A stretch of DNA of 64,000 nucleotides. It comes from Lama guanicoe (taxonomy: Eukaryota). Shown one piece after another: positions 39,431 through 53,577 of this stretch. The stretch is taken from the NCBI GenBank assembly GCA_013239625.1, contig MU054187.1, positions 1,993,757 to 2,057,756 on the forward strand. Direction: 5' to 3'. The notes under the pieces are model-generated. The model was given only the letters and a program-made list of their open reading frames with translations, did not search any database and was not told the origin of the DNA. Each line of letters begins with the position of its first letter. Position 1 is the first letter of the stretch. The translations under genes and the position numbers were made by a program.

Positions 39431-39599
39431 CCTGATTTCATTTCCCATTTCTGCGTTGTGTTTTCTGCCAGCCTCCAAAGCCCTCCGCATCTCTCTCAGC
39501 TCTGTCTGCCGCTGCCCTGAGTTACCGCTGTCTGAACAGTTGGAGTTGTGGGAGCCTTCTCAGCCGGACATCCCAGTCTCAGCCATTCCCAGACACCTC

Positions 39600-40290
39600 C
39601 ACCCAGTGGAATATTATTCAACAACAAAAAAGACATGATCTATCAAGCTCACCAAAGACATGATGACGTGCGAATGCATATTGCTAAGTTAAAGAAGCCA
39701 GTATGAAAGACTGCATCCTGTATGACCCCAAATACAGGACATTCTGGAAAACCACAGTGACAGAGAAATCATGGGATGCCAGTGGTTCCAGGTAAAGCGG
39801 GGAGGACTGAATGGGTGAAACACAGGGGACTTTTAAGGTAGTGCATACAGGATTTTAAATAATTATTTAGAAGGTTGTGGGATCCCAGGATGGTACACCA
39901 AATGGAACAAGCAACCTGTATTACAAAAGTATAAAACAGCACCCAGTGAGAACATTTAGTATCTACTCGCTCAGCCGCTTTCAAGTGTACAATGCAGTGT
40001 TGTCAGCTAGAGTCTCCGTGCTCTGCATCAGACCCCCAGATCTACCCATCTTGTAACTGGAAGTTCGTCTCTTCTGACCAGTGTCTCCCATTCCCCTCAC
40101 CCGCTCTGGCGATCACCAGTCTATTCTCTGCTTCTGTGAGGTCAGTGTTTTAGACTCCACAACAAGTGACACCATGCAATGTTTGTCTTTCTCTGTCTTA
40201 CGAATTTCATTTGGCAAAATGCCCTCGAAGTCCATCCACGTTGTCACAAGTGGCAGAATTTGCCTCTTTCTCATAGCGGAATAATTTTCC
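39600..40290. mobile_element. Old L1 fragments (L1MC-like on +, about 39600-39850; L1MA/B-like on -, about 39950-40290)
   Basis: gtggaatattattcaacaacaaaaa; ORF 40113..40346 is L1 tail sequence (MENYSAMRKRQILPLVTTWMD). Confidence 0.7.
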
Positions 40291-42721
40291 ATTGTGTGTA
40301 TATGTGTGTGTGTTGTGTATATGTGTATGTGTGTGTACACACACACCCCTCACTGCCTTTCTCCGCTCTTGCACAAGGGGACGCTCAGGTTGTTTCCTGG
40401 CCATCCGAGGGCTCTGGGCGTCCTGAGACTTGCTGTATCAGGAACCATCGTAGGAAAGGTGACAAAACGCCCAGAGTTTCTAACGTTGTTAGAAATCCAT
40501 GGGTTTAAGTAGACTCGATAGCAGTTGTATGCATGCTCGTGTAACTTTGACTTCAGTCCTAAAGGAGGACCTGAAGCAGTAAGTTGGGGACGAGAGTCGA
40601 ATTGAAGTTTTGGTTTAAAAAAAAAGAAAAGAAAAGAGAAAACAGCAAAGGTTTAGAAGCAGCTTCTCCACTCCCTGGCGTGTGAATTTGGGCGAATGAC
40701 CAACAAGCCCTGGGGCTCGGCTTCCGTCCACGGTTCTGGTTCCCACTGCAATAGCTCACGTGGATCCCCTGTCATTAGGAGCCACAAACAAATTAATTGG
40801 CTGTCATCCTTAGCACCGAAGGGAACTCACTCTCATCACTCGAGCCCTCTGAAGAAAGTATCACCGTCCACTCATATTGTTAAAATGCCTAAAAACCATG
40901 AGAATTAAGGGGGAAGTGGCTTTTTCTGCCTCAGACTTACTGACTCAGTTTACTTGGCTGTTTCTAGCTCTATTTTATCTATTAAAAAAAAGAGATTGCT
41001 CATTTATTTAAAAAATTGAAAAGCCTAATTTGAGGTATATAGATAGAAATATTATCTATAGCTTCCAATAAGCCATCCCCATGGCTTATTTCTTATGAAT
41101 GGACGACGTGCCACAAGCTAAGTTAATGAATATTTTCTGAGTGAGGTCAATGGCTGGGCTGAGAACGTGGTCACAGGGAGAACCTCCAGCCCTTCAGCAC
41201 GGCTGGGCTCCTTAAGCCTCCTACAAAGTTTGTTTAAATTTCCATCTTCCACCTTTTTTAAATATAAAACCAATCCAAACCCTTTAAGGAAAAAAGCTCC
41301 CTTATTTATCTGCTAGTCTCCTGGTAAGTCTCTTGAGGGCGATTAATAAGATTACTTAAACCCAACTGCCCGCAAGGGGTTTCTGACAGTTTTATGAGGG
41401 AATTAGTGACTGTCTGTTCTACGGCCGGTCTGCTCCCTCCCAGCTGCTCGGCATCGCTCTGGGGCGCCTGCGGGCGGGCCCTGCGCTGCCTGTGCGGGAG
41501 CCGAGCTGCGTTTCCCCCACCGTTGACGCCGTCCTCTGAGCGCGCCTCGTTCACAGGCAAGTCCCGAGGTCACACCACGGGCATCTCACCTGAGAAGACG
41601 GTCCTCTGCGCTCTCCCTCTCACCCGCGGTTCTCTCTGGGAAGATGACAAGTTTATGCAGTGATTAAAGCAATGCTCCTGCCCTGGTAGCCGTATTCCTG
41701 CTGAAGAGCTTCGCCCCCTTCTACGGCATCGAACAGGTGCTCCTGCAGCTGCCGCTGCTGCCCGGAACCTCAGCGCGGAGAGCCCTGTGTTCATTCGAGA
41801 TGTCTGTTCCTCCCATCTGCTCAGACACCACGTTTTCGTTTGAGGTGTCCGTTCCTCCGACCTGCTCAGACAGCAGCTTACAGTAAAGATTTACACATTT
41901 TCAACTCTGACCTGCCCCCTCCCTTCTCCAGATTTACGGAGCAGGCATTCTGTTTCTCATTCTGTTCAGTTCTGTGTCTATGTATCAACTGCCTTCCTTT
42001 AAAAAGGCACCAGGACTGCCCTCTCTCTGAAGATGCAGAGACCAGAGCAGGGGCTCAGAAGCCCATCTGGGAAGGTGGTAGGAACGACCCCCTCCCCCGA
42101 CTCCTAGGAGCTGCTGAGCCCAAAGCTCTGGGTGGGGCCATGACCTGACCTCCTGGCCTAAGAACCTTGGTGGTCCAGGGTCAGCCTGGGTCCCAGCAGC
42201 AGCACCTGGGTCCTCAGGTCCCCCGCCAACTTGGAGAATTTGAAGAGAGTTCAGTAAGTGGACTTTTTACAAAGATACGGACAGAGCGATAGGAAACTAC
42301 AAGTTTGCTACGAACAGGGTTGGTGCCAGCACCCCCACCCCCGGGGAGCGCAGGGGCAGGAAGGGCTGAGCGCTAAGGCAGCCTGGCAGCGACCTCGGCC
42401 AGCTCAGGTACCCCGGTGCTCCTCTCCCTCCCACGACCTCTGTGTGGCGCCCCCATTGGCCAAATCCCACCAGAAGCCTGAGGACAGAGAGGTGGGAGAT
42501 AGTTCAGGGAGGTAGCCGGGCAGAGACCTGGGTGGGAAGGAGTAGGGGACAGTCAGCAAGGATTGAGAGAAGAGGGCCAGCCTGATTTGCTAGGAAGGCA
42601 GGGTCCAAATTGTCTAAATTTGAAAGTTTTCATTACGGAAGATGGATCAGAATTGTTCTATATGCCTCTAAGAAGACCAGTGAGTTGCAGCGATGGAATA
42701 TTTTAAGAATCAGAGGTTATA

Positions 42722-42874
42722 GGGAGCGGGGGAACATATAGCTCAGTGGTAGAGTGCAAGCTTAGCATGCACAAGGTCCTGGGTTCAATCCCCAGTACCT
42801 CCTCTAAACATAAATAAATCAATCTAATTACCTCCTCCCTGCCAAAACAAACCAAACCAAAACAAAACAAAAAA
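42722..42874 (+). mobile_element. Full-length tRNA-Ala-derived SINE (camelid Vic-1 type) with 17-bp TSD
   Basis: A box TAGCTCAGTGG, anticodon loop TTAGCAT, B box GGTTCAATCCC, A-rich tail; TSD aagaatcagag(g/a)ttata at 42705-42721 and 42875-42891. Confidence 0.9.
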
Positions 42875-45414
42875 AAGAATCAGAGATTATACAAAGAAGA
42901 AATGAACTGTGCTGGGTGGTAGTGAGTTTCTCCCTCTCTGGAGTAATTCAAACATCAGCTGGGTACCCCTAGGAAATCCATACACGCGGCAGACAAGCAC
43001 TGTTGAGGCTTGTGGTGATGGTGGCCTTTATGGTCTCCGATCCTTTGTGATTTTATACAACTCTGTTGATGATTTCTAAGAGGTCCGAACTGTAGAATAC
43101 CGGAGCAAAGGCAAACGTTTGAATTCACGCTTTGTATCCAAATCACGTTGGAAAAAACCACATGCCATTCAAAGAAATCATCTATTAAATTTTGATTTTC
43201 CTCAGAAATTGCTTCGTAATTAAGAGAATAGATTTTAAGCCAGTAATTGCAGGAAGACTCCATCAATGTCTAGTGTATGAATAAAATCTGGATGGTTGAA
43301 ACATTACATATCTATAATAGATTTTTTTTCATCTATTATTCCTCAGCTCAAAGAGATCTGAGCTCAGATGTATCATAAAGAGGCTTGCTGCTCTCTGCAT
43401 GTAAACATTAGCCAGGTTCAAGGAAATGAGGTTAGTTTCACATGCTCTTTTGATGCCCTAATTATTAAAGCAACGGCCACCCTTATAACCAGTACTCACA
43501 GCTGTCAAGCCGAAGAGAGGGAACAGCCTCATGAACTCGGTTTCCAATCACTGAAACACCACACTCACTTTAGCAAGATTATGATTGTGGTTTTCAGTGG
43601 GACCATCCTGCACAATTGTGAGACTTTGCCTGGTCTCACCTTCTGCCACCAGGAAACACGTCCAGGCATGTTTTAGGGGAGCAGATGGTCAGAAATAACA
43701 TGGGTTTCCTAAGTGCCTCACTCAACATCGAGGGCCTTCTCACTTGTCTCTTTCCTTACTGCACCACTGCAGGGGTCTGGACCACCTGGCGCTGCTGGGG
43801 GCTGTCGGAACCCCCTTCACTGAGGGCGTCTCTCAGGCACAGGACATTTTAGTTGCTAATATGTTAGTTTTGGTTTTTTTCTGATGCTGTCAGCCATCGG
43901 TATTGAGGCCTTTGTTGTACTTCTGGGCTTACGTACTTTGGAAAGTGTACTTAAGGCCTTTTTGTAAATTGATTTTCAGGCTTTTAGAAGAAATTATAAT
44001 CTTTTTAAAAGCCTTAGAAGCACTAAATGTAATCTGGTATAAAAATGTCTCTCAGCTGTGATTTAGCCCTGTAAACTAGAGGTTTAGTCATTATTACTGG
44101 TCAAATGGTTTAAGTGTCATCTCTAAATTAGAAGAATTCTTTAATGGAACCATCAGAATATGGCTCTGAACACTGACTTGAGAAATACTGGCTTGTAACT
44201 TACGTTTCAGAACATCTTTAGAGTCATAAAGTACATCATTTTAATGAATATACAGCTACTGTTTAGATCATGTTTAATACAAACTGTTGCCAACATGAAG
44301 TTTGATGAAACGAAACTGAGTAGTTAACGTTCTTTCCCACTGGTTCTGAGTCACGATTTCTAATAGATTATACTCTTTGAAATAATCGATATTCACCTGT
44401 AAAAATTACTGTTAAATCACCAAGGATTGTCATTTTACTGAACTATATCGTAATTTGTTCCTTCTATTGTTAATACGTATGGACTTGATGGGTGGCACGT
44501 TCACCTTAGGAGAGATAAAGACGTGCTACCTATGAACGCCAAGCCCGCACGGAGGAGGACGGGGGCCACACGATGACAAAGCTCACTTCGACCTTGGCGA
44601 CTTGGAGACCGTGCCAGTTTCGTTTGAAGCACTTTCCGTATGGAAGCAACTTACATCCTGACAACCACCTTTGAGCTGTCAATGCTGTGACCGTCCCCAT
44701 TTCCATCGTGTAGACGGAAAGACTGAATCAGGGAGAAGGCCAGGGGTCCACCGTCAAGGTCATCGTAATCGGCGGAGTCAGGACTTGAACGGGGGCGCGT
44801 GCCCCGGGCCTCACAGGCTCAGCGCTCACTGGATGTCGTGTTCCCATGTTTCTTTATTCTGCAAGAATTCACTCACGGAACAGAATCTTCCAAACCAAAC
44901 CAAATGCCACCAGCCGTGCCTGTCAGGACGCTGTTTTTCTGACCTGTTTTAGGATGGTCCTGGAGGGACCGCTAATAATTTGGCTTCCCTCAGCTACAGA
45001 CAATACATTTGCATCTCTGCAAAATTAGCAATTCGTTCTCTGGCTTGGCTGCAAGCATTTTTACATAACTGCTCATATAATAAACAACCGCTTCCCCATG
45101 AACAGAGATGCCCGTCAGGATGCAACAGCCACAAAAGGGCCCACATTTCAAACGGACAGCGGTCATCCGGAAGCCGTGTCGGCCCAGTAGCGCTCCCCCA
45201 CATCCCCGCCGAGCCTGTCCACCGGGCGTCGGCACACCTGCCAAGCAACCAGCCCGGCGCTCAAGTGTCTGCGTAAGCAGCTTCCATGACATTTGTCCCT
45301 GCCCTGAAGGTGCTGATGACGGAACATTGATTTATGGCATGATTTCCTGATTGAAGGCAATGCTTTAAGGATTTCAGCCTTAAATACATAGTAATTAAAA
45401 ACTGTTCATACACT

Positions 45415-45545
45415 TCTTGTAATGAACCATAATGGAGAAGACACTGAAAATGTATCTAATGTATGTATGTATCAGTGAATCGCTTTGCTGTACACCTGGA
45501 ACACCATAAATTGACTACATTTCAATAAACAATAAGAATTTAAAA
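45415..45545 (+). mobile_element. L1 3' end fragment
   Basis: gaatcgctttgctgtacacctgga...tacatttcaataaa. Confidence 0.75.
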
Positions 45546-47139
45546 AGCCCTAACCAAAAATAAATAAAATAAACATTGTCCCTACACAATACAGGACACG
45601 TGGGAAACAGATGCCCCTTGGATGCTCTGGTGTCAGCCTGCACACGTGGCCCCCTTTGGCCGCTGAGGAGCAAGCACAGGCACCCCTGGTGTCTACCAGG
45701 AGGGTGACTCGGGTTCCCCCCGAACCCTCTCTCTGGGGGCTGCTGAGGGACGTTGTGAGCCGGACGCGAAGAGGTGGAGCTGCAAACCTGCTTTGTTTTC
45801 CAGGTCTCTTCCTCCTCAGGGAGGTGGCCGCCAGCGTGGACTGTGAGTTCAGGGAAACATGCTGAGTCTGGAACAAGAGGCCTGGGACTAAATCTGCCAA
45901 GACAGAAAGCCAAGAGGCAGCCTGGCATCTGTCACCCCGCGTGTTTAACGCCCACCTGACACCCAGGAATGCCCGTTTCTGGAGCTCAGGAGGAAGGCCC
46001 CAAAGTGTCGATACTTGAACTTAAGGGCATGTGATGCTTACAAAGTCTCCCAAAACCCTTCAAGGGCTCTGACCTAACACCTAGCACTGCACAGACTACT
46101 CCGAGTCTGACAAGATGGCACAACACCATTGAGTTTATTAAGACACCTCAGTATGCTTTTTGCTGTCCAAATTCAGGCTCAGACCTCTGAGATTTCCCGC
46201 CAGCAGTCGCACGTGACGTAATCACAGCGCTCGTGGACCAGGTTACTCAGAAACACTCCAGGTACAAAGCAGACGGGGGTGAGCGGCTTGACTCTGTGCA
46301 GGTTATCAAAATCACTTAGGCCACAACAGAAATAAAACCGAACATTTTGATAGGACAATTTGAAAGCTGAATTTCTTCCAGAGGAGAAATTAAAACCCAC
46401 CAAGAGGTAGGTGGGATTAACCATGAAGACAACCAGTGAACAGTCTGTGATTTAGGCTCTGCAACCAACGCGGCTAGTTTCAACTCTTCTAATACATTCT
46501 TTCCAAAACTTAAAAAATAAAACAGGTTCTGATCTGCTTAAAATTTTTCTTAGCATCTTTTACAGTAACGGGACCCATTCATGTATCGGTCCCAGTCACT
46601 TTTTCATCAATTTCTGGTTACGTTTAAAATAGTAAGCCTTTATCATTGCGGGGGTAATACTTCTTTGTAAGCGGTTGGCCACATTTTATTTTGGTCATTC
46701 CATTCACTGAAGATATTCCTCCATGAGCGTGGACAAGTTTACCTTTCCACATTTTTCTTTGCAGTCGCTCCTCCCTGTCAGATCAGGTCCTCCCCCTCCC
46801 AGGGTGGGGACAAGTGTTTAATCCCATCACTGGGCTTGCTTTTCAACAGTGTCTGCAGTTTCTAGCTTCCATTCATCTGGACGTTACTTTGGGCCATGAA
46901 CTGAGTTGATTTTGGTTTTCCCCCCGCCAAGCAGGGCAGATGTCTCCTCCGCCTGGATCTGCGAAGTGTGTTGGGCTGGCGAAAGGGGCCCCTCTCTTTC
47001 GTTGCTTTATAGAGGAGGCTCTGTTCAGGCTGACACACCCACTTAGCCCACCCTGCTGGAAATACGCTTGTAGCACCCAAGACGCCTCCCTCGGGCCCCT
47101 CATACAGAATTAACTTGCCAGCACAGCTCTTTTGCCCAT

Positions 47140-48160
47140 TCTCGAACTTCATGTAAGTGGAATCATCCAGTGTCTAAACTTTTGTGTCTGCATTTTCAAT
47201 TCATTGTTATGTCTGTGGTATTTCTTCACGTTGCTGTGTGTACCAACTGTTCTTTGAGTTGCAGCGTATTATATATCACTGTGAGAAGACGCCACCATTT
47301 ATTCATCCATTTTAGTTGGAAACATGCACGTTGTTTCCAGGTTTCATCTGTGGCTGTTATTGTATGCATCCTCCGGTGAACACAGGCACTCATTATCCTC
47401 GGGCAAAGACCGTGTCAGAGCAGGAGTGCGCGGCGTTTCAAAAGATGCTGCCGTTTTCAAATGACCTCCCCCTGCAGAGTGTGAGAGTTCTAACTGTCTC
47501 ACTTCCCTTCCAACATTTGGTATTGTTAGGTTTTGAATCTAAGCCATTCTGATGGGTGTAGCGGCACCTCACCGTGGTTCTGACTTGCATTTTCCTGATG
47601 ATTAACGATGGTGGGCACTTCGGTTACTCTTCTGTGAAGAACCCACTCGATTCTTCTGCTCACTCTCCCCTTGCCTGACTTGCAGTCCTTCATGAGCTCT
47701 AGGTGCTGGGCCTTTGCTGGGCGCAGGTATGGCCCGCATCTTCTCCCAGTCCGTGACTCGCCTTTCAGCTCTAGTTAATGGGGTCTTTTGGTAAACAGTA
47801 GTTCTGTTTCAATGAAACCTAATATTTTAATCTTTTAATTGCTTTTTTCGTCCTTTGCAGATCTTGGTTTTTTTGTGTGTGTCCTTCGGAGAAAACAAGA
47901 TACTTCTCTACGTTTTTTTCCCCTAAGTTTCATTGTTTTACCTTTTACATTTAATTTTATAATCTGTTTCACTTTTTTTGTTGTTTCAAATACATTTTGT
48001 GCATAACATGCACATAATACGCCAAGGTTCATTATTTTTCATCTAGTGTCCTTTAATAAGACACCCATCCTTTCCCCACTGAATTACAGTGGTGCCTTTG
48101 TAGTAAATCAGGTGGCTGTATACATGTGAGTCTATTTCTGGCCTCTGTTTCTTTTCCACT
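47140..48160 (-). mobile_element. Ancient L1M fragment
   Basis: Degenerate ORF2-like text (PEIDSHVYSHLIYYKGTTVIQWGKD in ORF 48043..48243). Confidence 0.75.
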
Positions 48161-51100
48161 TTACCCTGTGAGCAGAACCTGGGGCTGGATTTGTGAGGCC
48201 AGAGATAGTGGCTTCTTGAGATGCTATTTTTAGGTGGAGACACGGATGCTTTTGCTTTGGTCGAGTTCTTTTGATTCTTTTCCCTGGGTTACTTTCCATC
48301 CCTTTATAAGGACAAAGATGGCAGTGAGCGCCAGGACATGCAGCGGCAGTGGTGACCCAGGAATCTTTTGCTATAAATTCTACTAAGTATACTTTTTCTA
48401 ATAGAAAAAAGGTTAACAATATAAAATTTAGTATGTCCCTTAACCCAACATCTAAAAAACGACATGAAATTACATGGATGCCTGAGGAGCCTTCATCTTG
48501 CATTATTCATAATTCATTTCCTATATTCCCGATTGTCCGTATAGAGACAATATGGAAATACCCTATAAATGTCCTGAGGTCCCCAGGAAATAACAGGTAG
48601 TGCTATAACCTGGGACTTTAACTTCTCCTTTTCTTATCTTTTATGAGTTAATAAAATTACATGTGTTTGTCTTTAACCTTGGCATTTAATGTAGTAATTA
48701 TTATAGATACTCGGGCTATCCCTGCATTTGCAGTGTATATTTTTTAAATGATTTTTTCATCAGAAAAGTACGTTTTTAGCTCTTGCTTGTGAATGGCAAC
48801 ATTAGCTAGAAGAAGAAATATTTGTATATACTTTGGCTGTGATATTTTTAAGAAATAAAATTCTGTATATTCTTCATAAATAAGCTGACAACTAAAAAAA
48901 AAAATCTCCTGATGTAAGTGTTGATCAGTTTCTCTGATGCCAACAGAGGAACTCGTATACCAAATTCAAGTCTCTGCAAGTACTTGGTCGCCGAACACCT
49001 AGCACCTTGTGAAAATGTCTAACTCCATCTCAGAATGCACCTGGCTTTCATAAAAACAGGTACAGCAATATATGCAGCTTCAAAGGCAGAATGGCAGGTC
49101 TCTCTTTCACTCCCCTCTATCCACTCGGGCTTCCTCAAAATACTAGTTGAGTCCTTTTGAGGTACTGTTTAACACAACAGCTCGTGGATGAACGACAGCG
49201 ATGTCATCAATCACAAAACAAGGTTTCTGTTACAAGAATAAACGTAGTGCAAGTGGTCATTACCCAACAGCAGCCAGTACGCGCTGATAAGCACTGAAAA
49301 ACCCGCCGTGCGCCTGCGTTCGCAATATACAAAGAGACGAAAAGGGGGCGCATTTGTGCCTGAGCGCTTTCCGTGAAGCCCTCGGTCGATGCAGACAAGC
49401 CACAGAGTTAGAGGCCGGGGACGCGGAAGAGACACGGCTGGTTGTTCTGCCAGTTCAGTTGTTTTCAAAGCGCTTAGTGAATCAACATAGGAAACACTTA
49501 AAAAGCACTTCTGTATCAACCTCAAAAGGGCTCCTTTATATTTTACGGTGGTTAATGATCTTTTCTTACTGGAAATGAAAATACACATCTGCACCTATAC
49601 TGTAACCTCTTACCACGTCCAAATCTCTAATTCCTACGACAAAAACAAGTATTTTTCATGTATGTCATGTTTTTCATGAAAAGCATTTTAGAGAAAAACG
49701 AATTTTCATTGTGAAAACTTAAAAAGCTGTATATAGTGAATGATGTACACTAAAACAAGAATCAAGATGTTTCATACATTTTCTAAAATATTCTAGGCAC
49801 ATATATTCTAAAACTACGTTAAAAGCCTAGAGGCTGTGGACGTGTGGCTGGGGTAGCGGATCAGTGCACAACCATGACCGAGACTGCCAAGAATTCAGAC
49901 ATCACATACGACTGTGAGACGAGGCTTCACACTTCTGTAGGAGTTAAGTTTCAGAATCCATTCTTTAAGAAACCAAGTTCATGTCAGAAACCTGAGCTAG
50001 CTAAGCAGACATCCACGGTCAGACAGCATTCCAGAGACTACAGGTGCCACCTGCAGTCCTTACTGAGTAACACCGACTACCGCGGCCAGCGGAGGAGGTA
50101 ACTGGTGGCAGCTCTGAATCCGCCTGAGAGGGGCGCCTCGGCAGCAGTCTGGGACCAGACTGTCAGAAGCAGAACTGGGGACGCCCTTCTGCAACGACGC
50201 ACAGCATTCGTAAGGACAGTTCCTGAAAGCCACTTCAAGTGGTGGAAGTCCCTAAGTTGCCATCAAGTTCTAGTGATAGTTTAGTGAGGATGGGGATTCC
50301 TGCCTCTAGCAGGCTAGCCCCTGCTCGGAAGGAAAAGGGCGACATTGGTGAGAATAACGGCCCAGTGTTTTAGGGAGGCAGAGGCACGCCTCCGTGACAC
50401 ACACACCAGGACGGCTTTCGTCAGAGGAAAAGCGTGTGGAGGACTCATCTGGCAGTTTGCCATATTGAGGCTTGTCTCCCTAACACTGAGGTGACTCTGC
50501 CATGAAGCCTTACCTGTTTCAGGTGAGAGTGGGACAAGCAGGTGCCACTCAACCTGAATGGTGTCTCAGACGCCTAAGGACGTGAGCCAGGCAGCTCAGA
50601 GCCGGCAGGCTGTCTCAGCGCCACTTACGTTAGGAACTGCTTGAATTCCCATCTTACCCATAAAGAAGATAAATTATACAAAAGTATTTGTTAAAATTGG
50701 CCAAAGATAGCTTATTTATATTCTAAGAGGATGACTAACATAAAGGCTACCAGTCAATGAACAGTAATAACTTTTAAAACTTCTTCCCAGTTATCACCAG
50801 TAAGTTTAAGTAAAAATGGGTAAATTTATGAAACTTAGAATTCAAAGTAAACAGCAGCTGAGCTTCCTGGCTTTACGCAGCATTAAATCACATGCTTTAC
50901 AAAACGTCTTCAAGTGTATCCACATCTAAACATTAAAGGCCAAGACCTTTTTCGGCCCTAACTTCAAAAGGAAGTGCGACGGTTTAAAAAAGGAATGTCT
51001 ACACAGCCACTCCTACACTCTGCGTCAGCTCAACGACTCAGGCTGACCAAAGGCTGTGGTGGGAGTGACGTAATTAGACTCCCAAGCCTCGGACTTGGCT

Positions 51101-51269
51101 GCCCCCTCTTTTAGGAGCACGGCTACCGCTGCTCAGAACCCCAGGTCCTCTGACAGGACACACAAGGAACCGGGCACCCCTGACGATAACCCTAGCTCGG
51201 CCCCCGCGGAAGGAAACAGAAGGCGCCCAGATTGGAAGGGAAGAAGTAGGACTACTTCCAGTGGTAGAT

Positions 51270-52500
51270 AATCTGATAATTAAGAAAGCAATTCCACTTA
51301 CAAAATTCGAAGGAATAAGTATAACCAAGGAGGTGAAATACTGTCCACTGGAGACTACAAACTTCTGTAAAATAAAGAGGACATAAATAAACAGAAAGCC
51401 ACCATGTGTTTATGAACTGAAGGGCAGTATTAAGAATGAAATACTGAAACAAACGGATCTAGATTCGATGCAGTCCCTGACAAAACCCCAACACCCACTT
51501 CTCCAAAATGGAAAAGCCAGTTCTTAAATTCATACGGAAACTCAATGTACCCTCAGTAGTCAAACAATGTCAAAACAGATGAAAGCTGAACGACCCATAA
51601 TTCCAGATTTCAAAAGTTATTACAAAGCTTACTATAAAACTCAATATAGTAAAGACCGTGGGGCTGACTTAAGGACACACACCCCTGCTGGTGCCGCGAT
51701 ACCACGTACACATACCCACCATACGCGGGGAGAGCTGACGGCTACTCTGAAGCTCTAAGTTGCACAGTCTTACACAGCAAAGAAGAACGGCAAGGGAAAT
51801 GGTTGACAGGCTGCGTCTGGCTCAAGGTCAGAAGACCCTTCATGTTTTGGTAAATCATGTTCGTGTTGGCACCAGCGAGCCTCACAGCTTATTGGGGTGG
51901 AACGTATGAGAAATGGCTACTTCACAACATTCTTCTTGGACTCAGGCGGCTGTGCCTGTCTCAGGTTGCCCCCCTCTGGGGATCTTACCGTCATTGGCTA
52001 CCCAGCCTTCTCACCTCTGAGTCTGCAGCTTTTTATACCTTGTTTCCCATTCCAGCCTAAGGCTCGCTCCTTTGTTCCCACAGTTGGGGGGCTACACCAC
52101 CAATGGATCAGAACTCACGACCAGCAATAAGCCCACATATCAATGGCCAAATAATTTTCGACAATGGTCTCAAAACAATTCAACTGGAAAAAAAAAAAGT
52201 TTCAAGTGGTACTGTGACTACTGGATATCTGCATACAAAAAAATGAAGCTGGACCCCTACCTCACACCGTAGACACGAATCAATTTAAAAAGGATTAACA
52301 ATCTAAATATAAGAGCTAATACCACACAACTCTTAGATATGACATCAAAAGCAGACCAAAAACAAATAAATAAATTGGACTTCATCAAGATGATAAACAT
52401 CTTTGCATCAAAGTAGATTATCAACAAAGTAGATAATTGAGAAGATGATATACAGAATGGGAAAAAATAAAACACCTACTTAGGATGGCTATTAAAAATG
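51270..52500 (+). mobile_element. Ancient L1 ORF2 fragment split by an LTR-like insertion
   Basis: IPDFKSYYKA and KKMKLDPYLTP remnants on either side of the insertion. Confidence 0.75.
51686..52096. mobile_element. Probable solo LTR inserted in L1
   Basis: TG...CA termini, imperfect 4-bp TSD cccc/ccac; L1 sequence resumes (ccaatgg) right after. Confidence 0.5.
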
Positions 52501-53069
52501 CAAGTCATGACAATGCAAGTGCTAATGAGCCAACTATAAAGTAACATACGTTACAGAAAGCAGAAAAAGTTCTTGCGAAGTAACTCTTCGTATCATGAGA
52601 AAGCAAATTGATAATAAAAATCGATTTATCAAGAAGTAACGGTATAGTCACACAATTTGGCACTAAAATAAAAATGGCTAACCAGGTAAAAGGTATCCCT
52701 GTGGCAAGGTTAGGAAACAGGGCAGGGGCTTAAAGGCGTCCTAATGTTTTGAAAGCACGTACATGTTTTTACACCATGATGATTTTTCTTAATAAATAAA
52801 AATAAAAGTTGATACACTTTTTTGCTTGTTCTGGTCTTAGCATATCCAGGTACTCATGCAAAAATAAATAAATAAGACTATCCACATAACTCCTGCATGC
52901 TTAACGTTTACTTGCAGTTTTAAATGTGATTTAAACTTGTGTTAATAAAGAAAGCCACCTTTCTATTAGAGTTTGAATGGTGAATTTACAAGGTTCTGAT
53001 TATATAAAGAAATCTTACAACACCTATCATTTATTTGGTACTTAATCTGTTCATCTGAAATTGTTCAAA

Positions 53070-53240
53070 GCTCTGTATTGTGTTTACAATTCTCATCACT
53101 TAATCTTCAAAATAACCCTATGAAGCAGGTCCTACGACTACTGCACCACCTTACACACAGGAAAACTGAGGCTCAGTCTGTGCAACTCGCCCCGGGTCAC
53201 AGTCAGGTCTGGGGCTGAAGCCCAGGCATTCTGTCCCCAA
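53070..53240 (-). mobile_element. MIR SINE
   Basis: ttaatcttcaaaataaccctatgaagcagg...ggaaaactgaggctcag. Confidence 0.7.
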
Positions 53241-53577
53241 ACTCACCTCCACCCCACAGTGGGAAGGACTCAGCCAGGCCCCGCTTTTCTTCTTTTTAAC
53301 CGAGAAAGCTGCATTTTCTTCCTGCTTGCTTTATACAGGTATGTGTGACCGCTGACAACATGGGTATAAAGCAGGGCACGAGGAAAGCTGTAAGCGCCAA
53401 GCCCAGCACCGATGAGGCGCCACGTGCCAGCCCGCAGCTCCGAGCACGTGTGAAATCCGAGGTCAGAAGGCCTGCCCGGCAGACTCACGCAGCCCCAACC
53501 ACAGCTGCTTCACGACACCACCGGGTACACAAAGCACTCTGTGAAGATGTAATGGAAGGACTGAGTAGAAACGTGTG

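Noticed and set aside
41192..41211. REST/NRSE-like TTCAGCAC
   Set aside because: The right half-site GGACAG is absent
42730..42802. tRNA-Ala(AGC)-like sequence
   Set aside because: It is a SINE head: A-rich tail, TSDs, multiple diverged copies and an imperfect acceptor stem
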